A stretch of 64,000 nt of DNA from Eledone cirrhosa (lineage: Eukaryota), in NCBI GenBank assembly GCA_964016885.1, contig OZ024740.1, positions 71,796,001 through 71,860,000 of the forward strand, in the 5' to 3' direction. Positions 15,101 through 32,250 of the stretch are shown here, in pieces (position 1 is the first letter of the stretch; every line of letters starts with the position of its first letter). The translations under genes and the position numbers were made by a program. The notes beneath the pieces were generated by a model. That model searched no databases. It saw nothing but the letters and a program-made list of their open reading frames with translations, and had not been told where the DNA came from.

Positions 15101-16078
15101 TGGACAGCTTCCGTTACCTGGGCGATAAAATCAGCAGTGGGGGAGGGTGCTCTGAAAGTACTGTAGCTAGAGTCAGAACTGGTTGGAAAAAGTTCAGAGA
15201 GCTTATACCACTATTAGCTGCTAAAGGGTTCTCACTAAAAATGAAAGGCAGGTTGTACGATGCCTGCATACGAACAGCAATGCTGCATGGCAGTGAGACC
15301 TGGGCATTGTGTGCAGAGGATATACGCAGACTAGAGAGGAACGAAGCTTGCATGCTCCGCTGGATGTGTAACAGTAATATACGTGAACGGCAAAGCATAA
15401 ACGAACTAAGGAAAAAATTAGAGATAAGAGGGATCAGATGTTGTTTACTCGAGAGAAGGCTACGTTGGTATGGACACGTGATGCGCATGAAAGTCGATAG
15501 CTGTATAACAAAGTGCAGGGCAATAAAGATAGACGGTAGTCACGGAATAGGCAGACCTAGAAAAACCTGGGACGAGCTGATAAACTCCGACATCACACAC
15601 TTACACCTCTCCAAGACAATGTCACTGGACCGAGACCTTTGGCGGTACTCAGTAACAGAGAAGACCCGCCTTACCTAAATATATAGTAAAACCTACTCCA
15701 GCCAGTAGGCATCTCTAACAAAATACACCCCGTCCCACCACCACCACCCCCACCCGATCCACACCACCCCGTTCTATGTAAAGTTATGTTGGTGCCGCGC
15801 CATCGAGGCCGAAACAAATGAGATCGTGTAGGTGTCACGACAAAAAAAAACACACAGTCCACGCTGTAATGTGGCCGTGTAGGCAACACGGTAAAAACCT
15901 CCCAGACCCACACTGTAAATGTGGTTGGTGTTAGGAAGGGCATCCAACTGTAGAAAACCTGCCAGACAGTCCTATGCGAGCAAGACAATCACTCTTGCCT
16001 CAAGTGGGACTACCCCCGTCCAAACCCATGCAAGCGTGGAACACGGACGTTAAACGTTGATGATGATGATGATGATGA
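12160..16078 (+). mobile_element. Near-full-length RTE-A LINE (5' boundary uncertain, may extend to ~11715)
   Basis: Complete APE-RT coding region, ~400-nt 3' UTR, (GAT)n tail then TA array. Confidence 0.92.
12516..15678 (+). pseudogene. RTE-A polyprotein (APE endonuclease, RT, PHD finger) frameshifted by an 8-bp deletion at ~14720
   Basis: APE motifs TINVGTL, CIQETRW, SAYAPQ, GDLNGH, DYIL, SQH; CCATGGG^TACGCAGAC lacks AACTCCTA present in other copies; ORFs 12516-14816 and 14755-15678. Confidence 0.92.
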
Positions 16079-16082
16079 TATA

Positions 16083-16204
<122 letters not shown>

Positions 16205-16206
16205 TA

Positions 16207-16391
16207 TATAAAATATTAAACAAATAATGAATAAAACAATGAAACAGTTCCTTATATTAAACAAAAAAAGTTCATTATTTAACGATCGTTTCTAGGATAT
16301 TTATGTGTTAGAATTGGCATGCATATTCAACAGATCTATGTACAAAATTATACAAAATTATACAAACTATCAAGATTAAATATACATACCA

Positions 16392-16392
<1 letters not shown>
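16207..16392 (-). mobile_element. Partial duplicate of H3 element (3' half of hammerhead and terminus)
   Basis: Direct repeat of 17982-18166; contains GAAACGATCGTT on the minus strand. Confidence 0.75.
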
Positions 16393-17981
<1,589 letters not shown>

Positions 17982-18047
17982 ATAAAATATTAAAAAAATA
18001 ATGAATAAAACAATGAAACAGTTCCTTATATTAAACAAAAAAAGTTC

Positions 18048-18196
18048 ATTATTTAACGATCGTTTCTAGGATATATATGTGTTAGAATTGGCATGCATAC
18101 TCAACAGATCTATGTACAAAATTATACAAAATTATACAAACTATCAAAATTAAATATACATACCAAACACACATATATGCCGTCTTCAGAAATAAT
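18048..18196 (-). ncRNA. Type I hammerhead motif with ~115-nt stem II, in mini-element H3 (17982-18250)
   Basis: Stem I ATTATTT/AAATAAT; core CTGAAGA (18189-18183); long G.U-rich stem II; GAAA; palindromic stem III ACGATCGT; triplet GUU. Confidence 0.68.
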
Positions 18197-18250
18197 ATTG
18201 AGTTCTTCATACGGATTGGACACTACCGTAAACTCTTGGTAGATTTATCT

Positions 18251-18260
18251 ACATATATAC

Positions 18261-18313
<53 letters not shown>

Positions 18314-18404
18314 CATATATACATATATATATACATATATATACATATATATACATATATATACATATATATATATACATATATATATATACATATATAT
18401 ATAC

Positions 18405-18447
<43 letters not shown>

Positions 18448-18502
18448 CATATATATATATACATATACATATATATATATACATATACATATATACATAT
18501 AC

Positions 18503-18535
<33 letters not shown>

Positions 18536-18544
18536 CATATATAC

Positions 18545-18615
<71 letters not shown>

Positions 18616-18730
18616 CATATATACATATATATATATATACATATATATATATACATATATACATATATATACATATATATACATATATATATATATTATA
18701 TATACATATATTATATATACATAGATATAC

Positions 18731-18764
<34 letters not shown>

Positions 18765-18867
18765 ATATATTATATATACATATATATATATTATATATAC
18801 ATATATATATATACATATATATATATATACATATATATATATATTATATATACATATACATATATAC

Positions 18868-18910
<43 letters not shown>

Positions 18911-18921
18911 TACATATATAT

Positions 18922-18954
<33 letters not shown>

Positions 18955-19397
18955 TATATATATACATATATATATATATACATATATACATATATATATA
19001 CATATATACATATATATATACATACATATATATATACATATATATATATACATATACATACATATATATATACATATATATATATACATATATATACATA
19101 TATATATATACATATATACTTATATATATATACATATATACATATACACATATATATATATATACATATATACATATACATATATATATATATATATACA
19201 TATATACATATACATATATACATATATACATATACATATATACATATATATATATACATATATACATATATATATATATACATATATACATATATATATA
19301 TATACATATATACATATATATATATATACATATATACATATATATATATACATATATACATATATATATATATACATATATACATATACATATATAC

Positions 19398-19446
<49 letters not shown>

Positions 19447-19617
19447 CATATATACATATATATATATACATATATACATATATATATATATACATATATA
19501 CATATATACATATATATATATATACATATATACATATATATATATATACATATATACATATATATATATATACATATATACATATATATATATATACATA
19601 TATACATATATATATAT

Positions 19618-19650
<33 letters not shown>

Positions 19651-19762
19651 TATATACATATATATATATACATATATATATATATACATATATACATATA
19701 TATATATACATATATATATACATACATATATATATACATACATATGTATATATATACATATA
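18251..19762. repeat. 1.5-kb (TA)n/(TATACA) array
   Basis: Direct reading. Confidence 0.97.
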
Positions 19763-19811
19763 TCATCATCATCACCGCTTTACGTCCGTTCTTCCATGCT
19801 AGCATGGGTTA
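19763..19811 (-). mobile_element. 49-bp extreme 5'-truncated RTE-C tail
   Basis: Reverse complement matches 28745-28795 (TAACCCATGCTAGC...GGACGTAAA.CGGTGATGAT). Confidence 0.8.
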
Positions 19812-19894
19812 TATATACATATATATATATACATATATATACATATGTATATATACATATATATACATATATATATATATATACATATATATAT

Positions 19895-20500
19895 ATGTCT
19901 ACTGCTATGTCAAGGAATTTACCTTCTAATACCAGAAGAAGAACTCTGCCTCCCACAGTCCACAAAGGTCGTCAAATCCTACCCAAACCATCATCTACAC
20001 CTCTCACAACACACACACCCACTCGAAACCCCATCATTTGCCGCTACTCTCTACGCTATAGAATATGTACGGATAGTGGCTGCAAATTCACCCATTTACC
20101 TAGGACAAAACGATCTATCCCCACAAACAGCCACCACCATAATACATACTCTAATTTAACACCAACACAACCACTAATAACTCAAACAAGGAATCCACAA
20201 ATCTGCCGCTTTTCCCTGCGAGACAGATTGTGTTTAAACCAGGATTGTCCCTTTACCCATCTCCCGGGGACCCGTCGGACAAATGAAAATAAAATTAAAA
20301 ATAAAAGCAAAAACAAAAACCATAACCTACATAAAAATAACCACTACCACAGTCACCAACAGTCTTCTAAACAGGAAACTTCTTCCTCTTTTTTAGCCAT
20401 AATGAATCTGGCAAAAGAACTGGAAAAAAACATTCGAGCTATCACCCAGCACCACCCTCCACTATCACCCCACTGCACAAACTCCCATTGCTGCCATTAA
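19895..20500 (+). CDS. CR1 ORF1 (possibly 5'-truncated) with two C-x8-C-x4-C-x3-H zinc fingers
   Basis: [19 protein letters not shown] and [19 protein letters not shown]; the first ATG overlaps the TA array, next ATG at 19907. Confidence 0.7.
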   Translation: MSTAMSRNLPSNTRRRTLPPTVHKGRQILPKPSSTPLTTHTPTRNPIICRYSLRYRICTDSGCKFTHLPRTKRSIPTNSHHHNTYSNLTPTQPLITQTRNPQICRFSLRDRLCLNQDCPFTHLPGTRRTNENKIKNKSKNKNHNLHKNNHYHSHQQSSKQETSSSFLAIMNLAKELEKNIRAITQHHPPLSPHCTNSHCCH

Positions 20501-23500
20501 CAAACAAACAAATTAACAACACACCAAAACAATTAAAACCATCCACTCTCGCCTCTACATTTTTGCTTAACGCCCAAGGCATCAGCCCTTCCACCAATAC
20601 TCAAAAATGGAAGATCAAATTCCTGGAGGACTGGATTGATGTCCATCCAAACCACATCCCTTTCTTCGTCCTCACTGAAACCCATCTCAGTAACCTCCAC
20701 TTGGAAGCCGAGGTGAAAGTGAAAAATTTCAAAGCCATCCGTGCTGATCGCACTGGCAGAAGAAAGGGCGGAACTGCCATTTATGTCCATAATTCTTTCT
20801 CAACAGAGGCTATGAACATATTCACTAATGGATACTGTGAGGCAGTCACTGTATTCAGTCAAACCAACAACCTATTAGTAGTTGGGCTCTATAGGCCACC
20901 CCAAACGCCTGTACCATGCTTCAAGGAATGCCTCAACAGCATAAAGTGTTTCATCCAAGAGTGTCACCCTGACAACATCTTAATGATGGGGGACTTCAAC
21001 CTCCCCGGAGTTGACTGGTCCACAAACAGCCTGCCACCAGGTTCTTCTGCCTCAACCTCTGACAGGGAAGCTGTGGAATCGCTTCTTGACTTCATGGATG
21101 ATTTCTTCCTATCCCAACTGGTGCTCGAACCAACGAGGTGCCACAAAAACGTCCTAGACTTAATTTTCAGCAATCACACTGACAATATCCACAATATTGC
21201 AGTGGAGAAAACTCTACTCTCTGATCATGACATGGTTCTCTGTGATCTGAGATTCCACCGTCCAATATACAAACCCAATGTCATCTCTCCTGTCCATCTG
21301 TTTGACGCTATGGATTTCCACAATGCAAACTGGGAAGCGACCAGTCATGATCTTGCACATGTCGACTGGTCCTTCACGCACACTCATACACCCACTAACA
21401 TCAAAAAGTCCTGGCAGACATTTGTGGACACTGTTACAAACATATGTGCTAAACACACCCCATTAAGAACTATAAACAAATCTAAGAGCAGAATCCCTAG
21501 AAATAGAAAAACGCTCATCAGAAAAATTAAGAGAACGAACAAAAAAATCAACAAGCTGAAATACTGTCAGCAGCAACACATCAACTTGACTGCCATTTCA
21601 TCACTAGAGATTAAAAAACATAACCTCCAAAACAACATAATGTCCCTCATCAACAATCAGAGAAGAGCTGAAGAGGCCTGGGCCATTGAGAAGATCAAAC
21701 TCAATCCCAAAGTGTTCTTTTCATTTGCAAAAAAACACAAAATCACTGGCTCTACTGTTGGCCCTCTAATTGATGAAAATGGCACTCTTCAAGACAATGC
21801 TAAAACCATGGGTGAGATACTGCAGAAACAATACTGCTCTGTTTTCAGCAATCCTGATATGGCCGATCTGGGCTGTATCGGCGATGTTACTCCCCATTAC
21901 ACCTTATCGGACATAACGTTTGGCGCCCCTGATGTCTTGGCGGCAATAAAGGAAATCAAGCATAATTCAGCAGTAGGTCCCGATAGGTTCCCTGCTTGTG
22001 TCTTGAAGGCGTGTCAACACCAACTTGCATCTCCTCTTGCCAATCTGTGGCGGAACTCACTGGATGCTGGATATGTGCCAGAAAACCTTCTATCCCAGTC
22101 TGTTGTCCCAGTTTTCAAAAAGGGAAACAAATCCCTTGCCGTGAATTACCGTCCAATCTCACTCACCTCTCATATCATTAAGGTATTTGAGAGAGTGGTG
22201 AGATCGCGAATGACCCACTTCCTTGAGAGTAACAATATGCTGAACTCCAACCAGCATGGATTCCGTAATGGAAGGGATTGCCTGACGCAGCTACTGAATC
22301 ACTTTGATGACATTTTGAGAGCCTTGGGAGAGGGTTCCAACACTGATGTTATCTACCTTGATTTCAGCAAGGCCTTTGACAGGGTTGATCATAACATTCT
22401 ACTGAGAAAGCTGTCCAATATTGGTGTCACTGGAAAGCTGCTGCAGTGGATCAAGAGCTTCCTGTCAAACAGAACCCAACATGTTGTAGTTGAGGGAGTC
22501 AAATCCAGCCCAGCCAAAGTCAGTAGTGGGGTCCCACAAGGCACTGTGTTGGGCCCACTTCTCTTCATCATCTATATTAATGACATCACTGACATCATCA
22601 AACACAGCAACATTAAAATTTTCGCTGATGATTCCAAGCTCCAAAAAGTCATCAATGGCATGGATGACCGGATAAGCCTTCAGTCAGACCTACTGGCTGT
22701 TACCCAATGGGCGGAAAAGAACAACATGTTACTGAACGAAGACAAATTCGAACTGATCCACTTTGGAAAAGAGGATGCTCTGAAACTCCCGTACTCCCTT
22801 CCCTCCGGGGAAACTCTCGTGGCATCTAACAACATCAGAGACTTGGGAGTAACCGTGGACAGCAACATAAGCTGGACCACGCATATAAGCAGCAAAGTTG
22901 ACATGGCCCGCAGAATGTGTTCCTGGATCCTCAGAACCTTCCAGTCGAGAGATTCCCGCACCATTATCCTTCTCTACTTTTGCCCGACCACACCTTGAAT
23001 ACTGTTGTCCACTGTGGTCTCCCCACACGAAACAAAGTATCATGAAACTTGAAGCTCCTCAAAGGGCAATCACGAAAAAGATAGATGGCATGTCAGACCT
23101 TGACTACTGGGGTCGATTAGAAAACCTGAAACTTTACTCACTCCAACGTCGCCGTGAGCGTTATATTATCTGCATGATGTGGAAAATGTTCCATCATCAC
23201 TGCCCAAATGATGTTGGCATCGCCTTCAAGATACACCCAAGGCTTGGGCCCCGTGCTATCCGTCCCATTCAAAAATCTAAATCGCAACTCATAACAACAA
23301 TACGGCACAATTATTTCACCTCAATCGGCCCTGCTCTCTTCAACATCACACCAGGACACGTCAAAACAGAAACTGACCACACAAAATTCAAGAAGTCTTT
23401 GGACAAATTCCTCCAAGTAATCCCGGACAAACCACCCACACCCGGATATGTCTCCGCAAACAGTAATTCTCTTCTCGAATGGGCCATCGTGCCCAAATCC

Positions 23501-23503
23501 TGA
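20389..23503 (+). pseudogene. CR1 ORF2 (APE endonuclease and RT), one frameshift near 22970, no ATG before the first endonuclease motif
   Basis: LLNAQG, LTETHL, YRPP, MGDFN, LDL, SDH; YRPISL, QHGFR, YLDFSKAFD, GVPQGTVLGP, FADD; ORFs 20488-22998 and 22898-23503. Confidence 0.88.
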
Positions 23504-23695
23504 ATTGAAAGACTTCGCCAGGTGGTGCTATTAAGTAAGACATGGCCTGGGCCAATACTGGCCAAAACATTTCAAAGTTATTCAAAGTTATATATATACA
23601 TATATATACATATGTATATATACATATATATACATATATATATATACATATGTATATATACATATATATACATATATATATATACATATATATAC

Positions 23696-23726
<31 letters not shown>

Positions 23727-23737
23727 CATATATATAC

Positions 23738-23792
<55 letters not shown>

Positions 23793-23874
23793 CATATATA
23801 TACATATATATATGTATATATATACATATATATATACATATATACATATATATACATATATATATATATACATA

Positions 23875-25390
23875 TCATCATCATCATCATTTTACGTCCG
23901 CTTTTCCCTGCTTGCAAGGGTGGGACGGGTCTTATTCAGCACAGCATCTCTCCACTCGTCGCGGTCCCTCGTCATCTCCACCGTGAGCTTCAATGATCTG
24001 AGGTCTGTTCTAACCACCTCCGCCCATGTTTTTGGTGGTCTACCTCTACCACGTCTTCCTTCAACTGGCATTTCCTGGCACTTCTTCACCCATCGGTCAT
24101 CCTCCATGCGCATCACATGTCCATACCACCTCAGTCTCCTCTCCCGTACACTACATTCTATCCCTCTCAGACACAGTTTCTCTCTCAACACATTTATGCT
24201 GGGTCGTTCACGCACATTTACACTGCACATCCAACGGAGCATGCTTGCCTCATTTCTCTCCAGCCGTCGCATATCTTCTGCGGTTGCTGCCCATGTCTCA
24301 CTACCATGCAGCATCGCGCTCCTCACACAGGCATCATACAACCGGCCTTTCGTACGCAGGGAGAAACCCTTCTTCGTCAACAGAGGAAGCAGCTCCCTAA
24401 ACTTCTTCCAACCAGTCCTTATTCTAGATACTATGGCCTCGGAACACCCTCCTCCCATGCTAATCTGATCTCCTAGGTACCGGAAGCTATCCACCACTTC
24501 TATAGCGCCCTCTCGCATTTGAAAAATGTGTCTATCAGTGCGACTTCTACTGTCTAATTTCCCTGTACATCTACTGCATACATATTTCTCCCTACCTGTT
24601 AGTTTGCCTGCTATCCCGCTACATCTCTTGTGTACCCAGGACCTACATTGTGTGCATTTTATAGAATTTATGCCAGTTCCTTTTCTGCATATCGAACATG
24701 GCCATTTCCCTGACGGAATCAGGGTTTTGTCCTCTTTTCTACTCATCAACACTTTTGTCTTAGCTAGATTTACTCCCAGTCCTCTTGCTTCCAACTGCTG
24801 TTTCCATAGCCGGAATTTATTCTCTAGCTCCTCTACTGATTCTGCCATAAGAGCCAGATCGTCAGCATAGAGAAGTTCCCATGGACAGCCAGTCTTAAAC
24901 TCCTCTGTTATGGCTTGGAGGACTATAATGAACAAGAGCGGGCTGAGGACCGAACCCTGATGTACTCCTACTTGTATCTGGAATTCCTCACTAAACTCCA
25001 TTCCTACCCTGACTTTACTGAGAGTACCTCTGTACAAAGTTTGCACTGTCCTCACAAGACATTCCTCAACACCCAGCTTCCTTAGAGACCACCAGATGAC
25101 AGATCGGGGTACCCTATCAAAGGCCTTCTCTAGGTCAACAAAGGCTAAGTATAGTGGCTTATTCTTCTCTAAGAACCTCTCTTGCATTTGTCTCACCAAG
25201 AAGAGGGCATCTGTTGTACTCTTCCCAGGCATAAAACCAAACTGCATCTCATCTAGTTTGACCCTTTCTCTAATTAGTTGTGCTAAAATCCTTTCTGCCA
25301 CTTTCATAACCTGATCTATCAGTTTTATACCCCTATAATTGCTCCTCTCCAAAGCATCCCCTTTACCTTTGTAGCAATTTATGAGAATAC
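23875..25390 (-). mobile_element. RTE-B LINE, 5'-truncated, RT frame open
   Basis: Near-identical to 57914-59435; ORF ends [12 protein letters not shown] directly before (GAT)n. Confidence 0.95.
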
Positions 25391-27142
<1,752 letters not shown>

Positions 27143-28800
27143 AAGGCGATGCACTAGATAGAGGAAACTATAGAGGTATAAAGTTGATGGACCAGGTCAT
27201 GAAAGTAACAGAAAGAGTTATAGCACAGTTGATTAGGGACCGGGTGAAAATAGACGAGATGCAATTTGGGTTTGTACCAGGAAGAGGCACCACTGATGCC
27301 CTCTTCCTTGTGAGACAGCTACAGGAAAAGTACCTAGCTAAAAGTAAGCCACTCTACTTGGCATTTGTTGACCTTGAGAAAGCCTTTGACAGAGTTCCAC
27401 GTGCAGTAATCTGGTGGGCTCTTAGAAAACTAGGAGTAGATGAATGGCTTGTGAAAGCGGTACAAGCCATGTATAGGGGAGCAGTCAGCAAAGTTAGGAT
27501 TGGCAATGAGTATAGCGAGGAATTTAGCGTACAGGTTGGGGTTCACCAGGGCTCTGTTCTTAGCCCTCTCCTGTTCATCATAGTCCTGCAGGCAATAACG
27601 GAGGAGTTTAAGACCGGATGCCCATGGGAACTCCTGTATGCTGATGACCTCGCACTCATAGCTGAATCTATGGTAGAACTAGAGAATAAATTCCAAACCT
27701 GGAAGCAGGGACTAGAGAGAAAGGGCCTCAAAGTCAACATGACAAAGACTAAGGTCCTTATAAGTAGACGAGAAAACAGAACCCAGATCCCCTCAGGGAA
27801 ATGGCCTTGCTCAGTATGTAGGAAAGGTGTAGGTAGGAACTCCATTCTCTGCCCCAAATGCAAACAATGGGTACACAAGAGATGTAGCGGGATCTCAGGA
27901 AGCTTAATTAAGAATGTAGGATTCACATGCAGCAGCTGTGCTGAAACAGCAAGCAAACAGCCACAGGAAACAAGTACCACCAATCTCTGGGAGGGCCCTG
28001 TAGAAACAGTAGACAGCTTCTGCTACCTAGGTGACCGAATTAGCAACGGAGGTGGGTGCTCAGAAAGTACAATAACTAGGGTAAGAACGGGATGGAAGAA
28101 GTTTAGGGAACTACTACCACTGCTAGCTGCAAAAGGCTTCTCCCTCAGAATGAAAGGCAGACTGTATGATGCGTGTATCCGAACAGCGATGTTGCATGGT
28201 AGTGAGACCTGGGCGCTGAAGGTGGAAGACTTACGTAGATTAGAGAGAAACGAAGCCTGCATGCTCCGATGGATGTGTAACAGTAATATACATGAACGAC
28301 AAAGCATAAAGGAATTGAGAGAGAGACTGAGCATAAGAGGAATCAAATGCTGCGTACAGGAGAGGCGGTTACGCTGGTATGGACATGTGATGCGTATGAA
28401 GGATGACAGCTGCATAAAAAGGTGCAGAGCACTAGAAGTTGATGGAAACCGCGGAGTGGGGAGACCCAAGATGACTTGGGATGAGGTGATAAAAGCCGAC
28501 CTTACCCAACTACACCTCTCAAAGTCAATGACACACGACCGTGACTTCTGGCGTCACGCAGTAATACAGGGTACCCGACCTCCCATGGGTACATGCTGAA
28601 GCATATAAACAGCACCCAGCACTCACTGTAAATGAGGTTGGTGTTAGGAAGGGCATCCAGCTGTAGAAATCAAGCCAGATCAGTTCCTGTATGAGCAAGG
28701 CATGGTCAGCCGACCAGACACTGCCCACAACAGGACAACCCGTCTAACCCATGCTAGCGTGGAAGAACGGACGTAAAACGGTGATGATGATGATGATGAT
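27143..28800 (+). mobile_element. RTE-C LINE, 5'-truncated, RT frame open to 28599
   Basis: RT motifs and PHD finger, clearly distinct from A and B; ~200-nt 3' UTR and (GAT)n. Confidence 0.95.
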
Positions 28801-28888
28801 ATACATATATATATATATACATATATACATATACATATATATATATACATATATACATATATACATATATACATATACACATATATAC

Positions 28889-28967
<79 letters not shown>

Positions 28968-28974
28968 CATATAC

Positions 28975-29121
<147 letters not shown>

Positions 29122-29354
29122 CATATATATATACATATACATATATATATACATATATATATACATATATATATATATATACATACATATACATATATAT
29201 ATATATATACATACATATACATATATATATACATATATATATATATATACATACATATACATATATATACATATACATATATATACATATACATATATAT
29301 ATATATACATATACATATATATACATATATATATATATATATACATATATATTT

Positions 29355-30265
29355 ATTAAAATAACAGATTAAAGTTTAAGCAAAGAATCGCTGCTAAAGC
29401 AGCGATTCTTTACTTAAAATTCAAAGAAAAAAAAATACTGGTCCACCCACACACACATATATATACACACACACATACACACGCGTACATTAACATACAA
29501 AGAGACTTATACACACACACACACACACACTTCTCCGTATAAGACAAAAGCTGAAAAATATCTTTTGACATGCTAAAATACCCCCCATTGCTTTCAGACA
29601 CATTCTTACTGACCATCCCTGCTACCACGAATTACTCTGCTATACACACACACACACTTATCTTAATAGCCATTTGACACACATCCCTGCTAACCATTAT
29701 CACATCGAACACCTTACTACTACTACACACATATTTGTTGTGAAAGAGTCATTTCTCAATCTTGGCGCAAAACCAATTTTTTATTCACATGACCTCTACC
29801 GACCAATCAAAATTGTTTTGACCACAGGAATTTTTGCAAACACCAAGTAGCGCTGGAGCCACTTTTTTAACATAAAAACAGTTTTGGCGCAAAATCAATT
29901 TTTTACATTCACATGACCTCTACTGACCAATCAAAATTGTTTTGACCACAAGAATTTTTGCAACACCAAAGTAACGCTGGAGCCACTTTTTTAACATAAA
30001 AACAGGTAGAATTCCCAAAACTAATCAGATCAGAGCAAACAACACGGACACTCTATCTCAAAATTAGTTTTGAAAAGCATTTAGAAATGCGCAACCGGTA
30101 AAAACTTAAAAACTTAAAACCACAACTGAATACTAAACCATACAATCACTAATACTCTTTTATTCCGAATTAAACCATTTTTCAACTGTGAACAATTTGT
30201 CAGCATTTTCTATTCCTTTTACCAATATATAATAACTTGTGTGTTACACCTCTATTCTTTTAACT
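29355..30265. mobile_element. Unclassified dispersed repeat with 13-bp hairpin, (CA)n tracts and an internal tandem duplication
   Basis: 29460-30230 is homologous to 61530-62277; hairpin AAAGAATCGCTGC-TAAA-GCAGCGATTCTTT at 29382-29411; ~125-bp duplication at 29762-30005. Confidence 0.6.
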
Positions 30266-30379
30266 ATATATATATATATATACATATAAATAGCTTAGAG
30301 TTTAGACTCAGAGAGGTCATTTACAGTCCTCTATTAGTCAATTGCAACTATAACATGTAAATGTTCATCAAATATTAAT

Positions 30380-30577
30380 ATATATACATATATTAATATA
30401 TATATATACACACACATATATATATATATACACATATATATATATACATACACATATATATATATATACACATATATATATACATACACATATATATATA
30501 TACATACACATATATATATATACACATATATATATATACACATATATATATATATATATACACATATATATATACAC

Positions 30578-30608
<31 letters not shown>

Positions 30609-30749
30609 TATATATATATATACACATATATATATATATATACATACACATATATATATACACATATATATATATATATACACATATATATATATATATA
30701 CACATATATATATATATATACACATATATATATATATACATATATATAC

Positions 30750-30824
<75 letters not shown>

Positions 30825-31347
30825 TATATATATATATACACATATATATATATATATATACACATATATATATATATACACACATATATATATATATACA
30901 CACATATATATATATATACACACATATATATATATATACACACATATATATATATATATATACACATATATATATATATATACACATATATATATATATA
31001 TACACATATATATATATATATACACATATATATATATATACACATATATATATATATATATACACACATATATATATATATATACACACATATATATATA
31101 TATATACACACATATATATATACACACATATATATATATATATATACACACATATATATATATATATACACATATATATATATACACATATACACATATA
31201 TATATACACATATATATACATATATATATATATACACATATATATACACACATATATATACATATATATATATATACACATATATATACACACATATATA
31301 TATATACATATATATATATATACTCATATATATATATATATATACTC

Positions 31348-31379
<32 letters not shown>

Positions 31380-31915
31380 TCATATATATATATATATACA
31401 CATATACTCATATATATATATATACACATATACTCATATATATATACACACATATACTCATATATATATACACATATACTCATATATATATATATATATA
31501 CACATATACTCATATATATATACACATATACTCATATATATATACACATATACTCATATATATATATATACACATATACTCATATATATATATATACACA
31601 TATACTCATATATATATATACACATATACTCATATATATATATACACATATACTCATATATATATATATATACACATATACTCATATATATATATATATA
31701 TACACATATACTCATATATATATATATATATACACATATACTCATATATATATATATATACACATATACTCATATATATATATATATACACATATACTCA
31801 TATATATATATATATACACATACTCATATATATATATATACACACACATATACTCATATATATATATATATATATACATATACTCATATATATATATATA
31901 TATATACACATACTC

Positions 31916-31949
<34 letters not shown>

Positions 31950-32125
31950 TCATATATATATATATATATACACATATACTCATATATATATATATATATA
32001 TACACATATACTCATATATATATATATACACATATACTCATATATATATATATATACACATATAGTCATATATATATATATATATACACATATACTCATA
32101 TATATATATATATACACATATACTC

Positions 32126-32157
<32 letters not shown>

Positions 32158-32250
32158 TCATATATATATATATACACACACATATACTCATATATATATA
32201 TATATATACACATATATATATATATATACACATATATATATATATATATA
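30380..32250. repeat. 1.9-kb array switching from (TA)nCACA to (TA)nCACATATACTCA units at ~31320
   Basis: Direct reading. Confidence 0.97.

Larger units (their letters stand above)
19895..23590 (+). mobile_element. CR1-type non-LTR retrotransposon, near complete, TA arrays on both sides
   Basis: ORF1 plus APE-RT ORF2 with CR1-group C-terminus (RPHLEYCCPLWSP, LKLYSLQRRRERY); short 3' UTR ending in TTCAAAGTTA twice. Confidence 0.9.

Noticed and set aside
30165-30212. Hammerhead-like CTGACAA...GAAA on the minus strand (also ~62215-62262)
   Set aside because: C3/A8 mismatch, 2-nt stem II loop, and stem I does not form
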